NCBI GenBank assembly: GCA_002633005.1 | Contig: NMRA01000006.1 | Location: 1,198,442-1,262,441, forward strand | Source: Phoronis australis | Lineage: Eukaryota > Animalia > Phoronida | Length of the DNA stretch: 64,000 nt | Direction: 5' to 3' | Shown: one piece after another, positions 56,694 to 64,000 of the stretch | Numbering within the stretch: position 1 is the stretch's first letter | Layout of the letters: every line of letters begins with the position of its first letter | Translations under genes and position numbers: made by a program | Notes under the pieces: model-generated | Told to the model about the DNA's origin: nothing | Seen by the model: only the letters and a program-made list of their open reading frames with translations | Database searches by the model: none

Positions 56694-59600
56694 GTATGAA
56701 TCTAAAAAAAAAATCTTAAGTTATCGTTTTTGCAAATAGTTCAAGAAGCAGCAAACAAGTATCAACTCTAATTTTTAGTAGTCCTGATTTGTTTGACGGA
56801 CAGTTTGTACGTTTGCGATCTTCAACGAGTTTTGTCATGAGTGCCCCGTTTTATAAGCGCTGTCGGAGGTGCAACATCTTACTGTGCCGTAGATTAACGT
56901 GTTCAGAAAAGACATAGTCTGGGTGTTTACAGTATGCGCGCTAAACAAACGCGTTTCGTAATATGGAAAGAACGATGGTGTTTAGCCTTTAGGCTGGTCC
57001 TGGCGTGACTCTGGGACACTGGGTTGATGCGAGCAGACGACTTTTGGTAACACACAAACTACGATTACTTGTGTCGTAGTTTTCTCATTTTATCTAAGTA
57101 AACCCGCTTTCCGTGACAAAAAGACTTTTGACTTGAGCCGACTTGCGTTATGAAATCGGTCTTAAAATGTTCAATTGTCAAAATAGACTAATGGCATTTC
57201 TAGTCTTGAGAAGAAGTGATACATGACTTTGCTGCTTGCGATCAGACTCTACAAGTTGAGTTAATACGGCGGGTCATTTTAAAAGACGAACATAGTCTTA
57301 GGCATGATAGCGTGTCCAAAAAGCATTTCTCATCTGTAAAGGGGCCGGTATACCAAGGGGCCCATTAAGTTGAGACCAAATTTTATACCTGTATAAGTGG
57401 GCTAAATCATGTGTTGGTTTCTTAGAAGGAACGAAAATTTGTAGCCGCCTAAAATGGCAAGCGTAAATTTGAGGATTGTTCTTAATTCGATTCTTGCTGT
57501 GATCAGCGCTCAGAAATTAAAAAAAATCGAGGCTGTTTTTGTTATCGCTGAAAAGTCGATTGATAGACTTGTGGATCGATGTTTTTGGGGAGTACTGAAG
57601 TACATTGCTTAAGTGATTTGTTGGCCGACTTTACCCTTTACTACATACTTTTTGTTGGAGAGCGCTTCGTTTCCAATACCGCTTACTCTCACCACCACTT
57701 GAAGACCATTCACTGAATTGTTAAAAATTAAAAAACCGAAAACGTCCTGTGAAGGGTTTCGAATTTGATCCTATAATTTGTCGAGTGTCTCACGAAGCTC
57801 TCGTGGTTGTATTCCTGAGGATCTAATTTCCAGATGAGATCAGTTGTCAACAAGCTTTTCAACGGGTTTTTGAAGGTTATGACGGCACAGTTGAGGAGCG
57901 ACGCTCGTCAAATTACTCAGTCGCACACACCGAAATGTTGCCGTTTGCTTAATACACTCACATTAATCTAGACACTCTCATATTTAAAACTAACATATGC
58001 TTTTATCTTCGTGATTTGTGTGCAAACCGAGGTTTTAGTTCACGACAAACCCACTGATATTTTGACTCGTGCTCATGGTGGACTTCTATAAGCCATACAA
58101 ATTCATTATGGTAAAGAAACGTTAAGAAATTAACAAATCGGACAGCTATAGTATTGGGAGACCCGGTGGCAGACGCGAGAACTGATAAATTTGACATACG
58201 ATGCCAAGAATTTGATGTCAAGTGCTGCATTACTACTCAGAACAACACATGTAGTAGGCTGTGTTAAGAGATATTTCAAGTATAGCTAGACGCCTTGAAA
58301 CTCGTAAGACAGTCTCTCTTTAAATAGATTTTAAAGACCGCTGATAATGGTGATGAACTAGCAATTTTTTAGGAAACCCAATTTTGAGCCGGCCGGATTC
58401 CTGCGATTATTGCGACATCTGAAAAACACCCAACCACGAAATTTCGCTCTCGAACGCCTGCAACATGAACAACGTGAAATTTGTCTATTGCGTTGCCAGA
58501 CCAGCTATACACTGACATGATCCGTTTTGTATTGCGAGATAACACTTCTACCACAGTCATAGAATTTTAGCACGGAGTTTATTTCTACTTGCCCAGTTCG
58601 TGCAGTCATTCGATGGATTTACACCAGGTGGCGCTACAGTTGTTCGCGCGCCAGTGTTGAAATGAATTTTGCCTTTAACGGGATGGTGCATTTTACAACA
58701 TAGCTTGCATATTTTATGCCACTTGAGTTTTTTTGCTCATGAGCGATCATCAATGGTCGTGTCTTACCATTGGGGAACGTTAATACCGAGCCATAGGCCG
58801 ATATTTGCTCCAACATTTCAACCTTCTTCCGCACCCAAGACAAATTCCAAGAAGACGTAATTCATAAAAGAATGGCTACACTAAAGCTAACAAATAATGG
58901 AATCATATATTGTCATCCCGCTATGCGCACCAAAATGGAGACATCTGTTTCTTGTAAAAATGTTTATCGGGCATTATTTATTTTTCCGTCCAGATGACGT
59001 GTTCAGCGCTTGGTTTGTGTTAACACAGTTGAGAAACGTGATATCCAACCTCTGGTTTCGCCAGGCTCGTGTTTAAAGCCCACCCAAGCAAAAGTATACC
59101 CTATAAAATAATGGTGCTTAATTTTCCAAAGCAAAAATAAAGATCGCATAAATCTGCTTTCCTAGTGTCTCCCACGCTACTGAGCATGTCGCGTGTCCGT
59201 TTATCTTACATATGTGGAGCATTTCTTGTCAACTGTGGTTAATTTATTGTTGCAAAAACAAAAGAATGGTTAAAATGAGGGTACCTCAGTCACACGATAG
59301 GACCTTTTCACATTTTCCATCGAAGTTCATGGAAATTTCGACGAGCTTAAAATAAATCTCTGCAGTCGTACATTGGCAAATTGTACTTTGTTGAAAATAT
59401 GCTGTTTGGTTCTTGGGCTATCGAACTTGCTGTGTGGTCTTTCCACTTTGGTGAGCTGTTGCTAAGCGACTAATGTAGGCCTGGTGTTACATGAGCAATC
59501 TGTGGTGTAATTGACCAATCAGAGCTTTCTATCAATCATGTCACAGGAAGGCAGTAGGCGGAGCCTATGATAATAAGCCCCCAGAATTCAAGTGAAGTGT

Positions 59601-59857
59601 GTTACACGGTAGAAAGTGCTCTGACTTCTCCACAACGTTTTACACATATTTATGACTTAATGCCGAGTGAAGTATGGAAAGCTGGGTACATCCAGCATTT
59701 AGGCCCCCGGAGGTTTGTTCTGTGCCATTTGAAGATTACTGTGTGTTTCAGAAAGTCGTAAACTTGTTGATGATTCGTTTCACCTCGATGCCGATGGTTT
59801 CATTGAAGACTCCGTGTGTGTTTTAACGTAGGCCTACAATGTTGTGTGTTGTTTCAG

Positions 59858-59968
59858 GGTACGACGACGACGAACAACATGAGACGAAGAGAGAAGAGCC
59901 AAGATACGGAGCTCTTAGAAAGGACAAGTTGGGTAGATGCAAATGTAGCTTACAAAGAAATTCAGAAG
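59858..59968 (+). CDS. ptc: Patched (Hedgehog receptor) exon; in-frame ATG at 59879
   Basis: ELLERTSWVDANVAYKEIQK matches the patched N-terminal motif (Drosophila-type RTSWVDA); tttcag acceptor, AAG|gtgaga donor. Confidence 0.85.
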
Positions 59969-60743
59969 GTGAGACCACCGCCAGATAAACCCAAGTGATG
60001 AACGTGTGAAGCCTTTTGTTTTGGTTTAGCGATAGCACGTCTGTTGTTTCGCCAAGTGCCTGTTGGTGATAAAACGTAATCTTGGCTCGCAGCTAAGAAT
60101 AGATTAATGTGAAAAGGACCCACACTGTGTTCGAAACTCGGTGCACGTAGTACCGGCCGACAGTTTAAGCAATATGAAGGGCCACACGTAACGTCTTCCG
60201 TTCGGTCGTTCATTCACGTTATACATACCATTGAAAGTGTGTAAGACTACAGTTGAATCGATGTGTTTTCAATTCCTGACCAGCCATTGTGATTGCTCAC
60301 TTTGGCAAATTAAAGAAAACAGTCTAACCTGCCTCTAAATGGAAATGTAAACACCGTACACAATTTTCCATTCTGTAATCTAACAAGATTTATTGGAGGT
60401 TCCTATACAATGGGCTCCAAAGTTGTTTGTATGGTTTTTGTGAGTATATTTGGTGGGATGTGTGACTAAATATCCACTTTCATGTGCTTTATCCATAGTT
60501 GTAATCAAACTTCAGATAACGACTCCTGTTGTGATAAATGGACAAATAGTATTAATTCAAAATAAATACTCAAAACAATAGCAAACATCTGCTGTTAGTT
60601 GCTGAACAGCTCATCAGTATACAGTAAGTTTTACTTTAATTCCACCTTTATTTTTCACACCCCTTGATGTCAAAGTTTGTGATTGTCTAAAATACCTTTT
60701 ATGCATTCTCTCTAAAAATACATTACCATTCTTGCATTTTCAG

Positions 60744-60936
60744 GGAAAGGCTTATGGGAACAGTTGTGCCTTGTGGTTGCGAGGACACCTACAGTCTAAG
60801 TTATACAGTATAGGATGTTGTGTACAGACTCACTATGGAAAAGTGTTATTAATCGGGATTATATTGCTCTCCTTATGTTGTATCGGATTAAAAGAGACAA
60901 AAATTGAAACAGATGTAGAGAAACTATGGGTGGAAG
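60744..60936 (+). CDS. ptc: Patched exon encoding TM1; gene continues beyond the window
   Basis: GKAYGNSCALWLRGHLQSKLYSIGCCVQTHYGKVLLIGIILLSLCCIGLKETKIETDVEKLWVE aligns by eye to PTCH1 GKATGRKAPLWLR...LETNVEELWVE; phase-1 donor. Confidence 0.92.
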
Positions 60937-63900
60937 GTAGGTGTGACAGTATCAATGAGGGGTGCTTACTGTGCCCTAATCCCGGCCCGCCGACAATGCT
61001 TATGAGGCTAGATTAGTTGGTTTTGAAGTTTGAAGCACTTGTGTTGGATGAGAGATATAAGTATGAGAGAGTGAATGGTAGCCAGATTAGTGCATTCATG
61101 GTGTACCTGAGGCTGAGAGGAGTCGTGTCTGTGATGCTATGGTATTACCCGTATACATGACTGGAGACCAAAAAGTGCATTGTGTCTCCTGGTCTCATTC
61201 CCTGTTCTCAAGCTAACTAAGTGTATTTGTTAACATTTTAACTTGATCTTTTCCTAGTTAGCAAAATCGCCAATAGTTAAAACATTTGCAAGGGTCATTT
61301 ATATGGTTTGACTTGCATTTGTGTTAGCAGACTGCTAATAATGAAGATTTGCCTTAGTACTTTATTGTGTCAATGAAGACTTCAACTGGAAACTCTCTCG
61401 CCAAACACAACTTCAAATCCAACATTTTCAACTTCTTGTCTTGTTTTTTTTAAGAATAAAATTGACAAAATAATGTGAAATTACATTCTTTGAGGTATAA
61501 GGTCAGAAAGGTCAAATGCAATCAAGAACAGGTGCAAATATTTGGTCTAATAAATACATCTCATTAATTTCTAGAAGCCAATCATGGCTTTAGATATTTC
61601 ATCGATCATTTCTGTTTTCAAGAATGCTTTTTAACTTTTTCTTCAGATTTTGTATTTTGTTTGGCTGACACGCATTCAGAAAAAAGAGCAAGAAACATCT
61701 TTACTGTAACACTTAAACTTTATTGCTATCTTCTGAGCATATTACCAAGAAAAAAGAATTACAAGTTGTGGTTTAATCTCCTGAATTTCGGACAAAAATA
61801 ATTGCAGAAATTTCCTTTTTTTTCGTTTTTCAGGTGCTTCTTAACGTTGTGAACGGTCATTATTTTCAAAACATCTGGTTATGGCTATGACATAACACTT
61901 GTTCATTGAAAAACATTAATTTGGTGTGTCATGTCTTTCATGGAAAAAAAGCTGAAATAAAATTTCAATGGTCTGCCATATTTTGCCCTAAACTCAAAAA
62001 GATTTTATCGTGGGTTAAATTTTATCCAAAAGAACCCATTTCTACATGCTATGGTCTTTGAAGTTGTATATAACTTGTACTGTCTTGAATTGAGTCACTT
62101 AGTTTTGTCATACTTATTAACTAAAGTTTTTGGGGACCTCAATTTTTAATTAGTGTCCTCAGGTTTTCTGTGCCCGTCCAGTTGCGATGTAATGTTTTAT
62201 GTGCCCCTCCAGCTGCGATGTAATGTTTTCATAGCTTCAGGATGCTGCCCAGTATAAAGTTATGAGTAAAATATAGCAAATCTCATCATTGGATCTCGCG
62301 TTGAGAGTCAATCTGATTTGATTTTGGACGACAGGAAGGCAAACATTTTATTTTAGTCAGGTAGCAGATATGAGGTCCAATCTACCCTCTGATGGGACAC
62401 CATGTGCCTTTGTGACAGCACTGGGGATTTACATTGGTGTTTCTTTGATTGAAAACAAGTCTGCGGATATTGTTGTTTAAATGAAATTTTCTTCACTTGA
62501 TGTTTATATGATTTCAAACTGATGTCCTTAGTTTTAGTCATTCTTGGCACCTTAAAGGTTGATTTTCAGACTGAGTGCATTCAAGTTTTCCATTCTGTGA
62601 CCAGTGGCCATTTGACCTCTGTCTTGAGGTCAAGTTACCTCCTTTGGCCATACTAGAAAAGTTGGTTCTGTCAGCTCAATTGTTGATTGTCATTCCTAGC
62701 TTCAATTGTGGTGTGTTCAGTAGAATACTAATGTGTAAGCTGTGCAATTTTCTTATAATTACTAAACTCCAGATGAGATAAGTCCATTTAGACAATTCAT
62801 ATAATATTCGCCTAAAAACTGGAGTCAGCAATTCCAGGAATTCTACCAACTAGCCAATACTGCACAAATACTGACCAATTTTCCCATTTTTACCATGGTG
62901 TGTGTCTTTTTTCTGGCTCCAATTAATGACTGTAAATCCATTTTAATTCCCCTGATTTCTTGTTTTGAGTCCTTTTGCTGTGTAATACTTCAAGCTGGGG
63001 GTTATCCTGCCACTCATCTGCGGCAGCCATCTTGGTTTTCTTTGACCCTTTGTACTGTAACTGGCATGGTTGTGTGTGGTCCCTAAATGAAGTATGGCTC
63101 TGTGTCAAGGCCAGCCATCTAGATAAAGACAGTGATTTGGTTACAAAGGGTCAATTATTCAGTCAAAAAGGCCTCTGACAATTGATTTGTTTGTATTGAA
63201 GAGAAGAGGGTGTTGTATTCAATGTAGGCCAAGCTTTTGGGTCACAAAGCTGAAATCCTTGAAATTCACATGTGTGGTTTTCTGAAAATGAAGGCAATGC
63301 TTTTCTGGAATGTGTATCATTGAAAGTAAGAGAAATGAAGCGGATTTGATTCTATAATCTGGGTAACTCAGTTCTATCTGAACAAGGTCTTGTCTGATCG
63401 AAAACCTTGGGTATAATCCTAAATGGAGTATGTTAGTTATTGTATAATGTCACGTATTTTGTGTAGTTCACCTAGGGCATTTAAAATGCCACTACTTTGT
63501 TTCTCACAGATTAAATTCTAAAGGGATTCTGGGTAAAGTACAGCTTGCTGCTTGTGGAAGTTGCGTAGTGCAGACGAAAATTTTTTTACCCCTTTTACTT
63601 AAATGTGTCCTTAAATGTGGTTCTTTGTCCATCATTCCTGGTAAAACTCTATTCTTGCCCGCCCACTGACCCAAACAATTACGATTAGCCCTTGTGCTAT
63701 TGATGTGGTCCAAGCATTTCTGAACTGTACCACCAGGCCTGTATGCACTGGTTTTCCTGTAACTTTATGGTCTGGCAATGACATCCATAAATTCCCTGTT
63801 TTACAACACTCTGGCTCAGTGTGGTCCATCCAGAACTGCATGGCAAGTCTTAAGCCATTTCGCATATAAGGTGGCGTAAAAGTGGAATTTCGTTTTGGGA

Positions 63901-64000
63901 AGTTTCTCAACAAAACTCTTTCATTTCATCGTGTACATGGTTTGTGCGTCATCATTTTGTAAAACAACGCTTAGCTTAATTTTGAAAACTGAAAAGCTTG

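Noticed and set aside
49003-62230. Two-copy direct repeats (36 bp at ~49003, 24 bp at ~50610, 31 bp at ~62170)
   Set aside because: Ordinary slippage duplications with no further structure.

Overview
AT-rich, intron-containing animal genomic DNA. It is most consistent with an invertebrate bilaterian, possibly lophotrochozoan (inference from gene and repeat style); it is not prokaryotic and has no CRISPR or rRNA. Four + strand genes were reconstructed by hand from GT-AG boundaries and reading phase: (1) the terminal exon of a tandem C2H2 zinc-finger gene (980-2824; 12 intact fingers plus about 4 decayed ones); (2) a two-exon melatonin-receptor-like class A GPCR (7420-10669, 336 aa) with KPWIY in place of NPxxY; (3) a complete 15-exon VCP/p97/TER94/CDC48 gene (25438-41995, 807 aa); (4) the 5' part of patched (exons 59858-59968 and 60744-60936, probable coding first exon 56652-56693), with GLI/Ci-type sites and stacked uORFs nearby. 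Between and within the genes are hAT-type MITEs (one with a perfect 8-bp TSD nested in an older element), a TAG-ended 771-bp insertion with a 9-bp TSD whose empty site is visible, pogo-transposase and LINE relics, a tRNA-like unit split by a MITE, a ~4-kb diverged duplication around an N gap, and several minisatellites. I found no convincing wholly new biological system. The best leads are the patched regulatory architecture, the GPCR Lys7.49 and the duplicated unit with a B-box-like relic.
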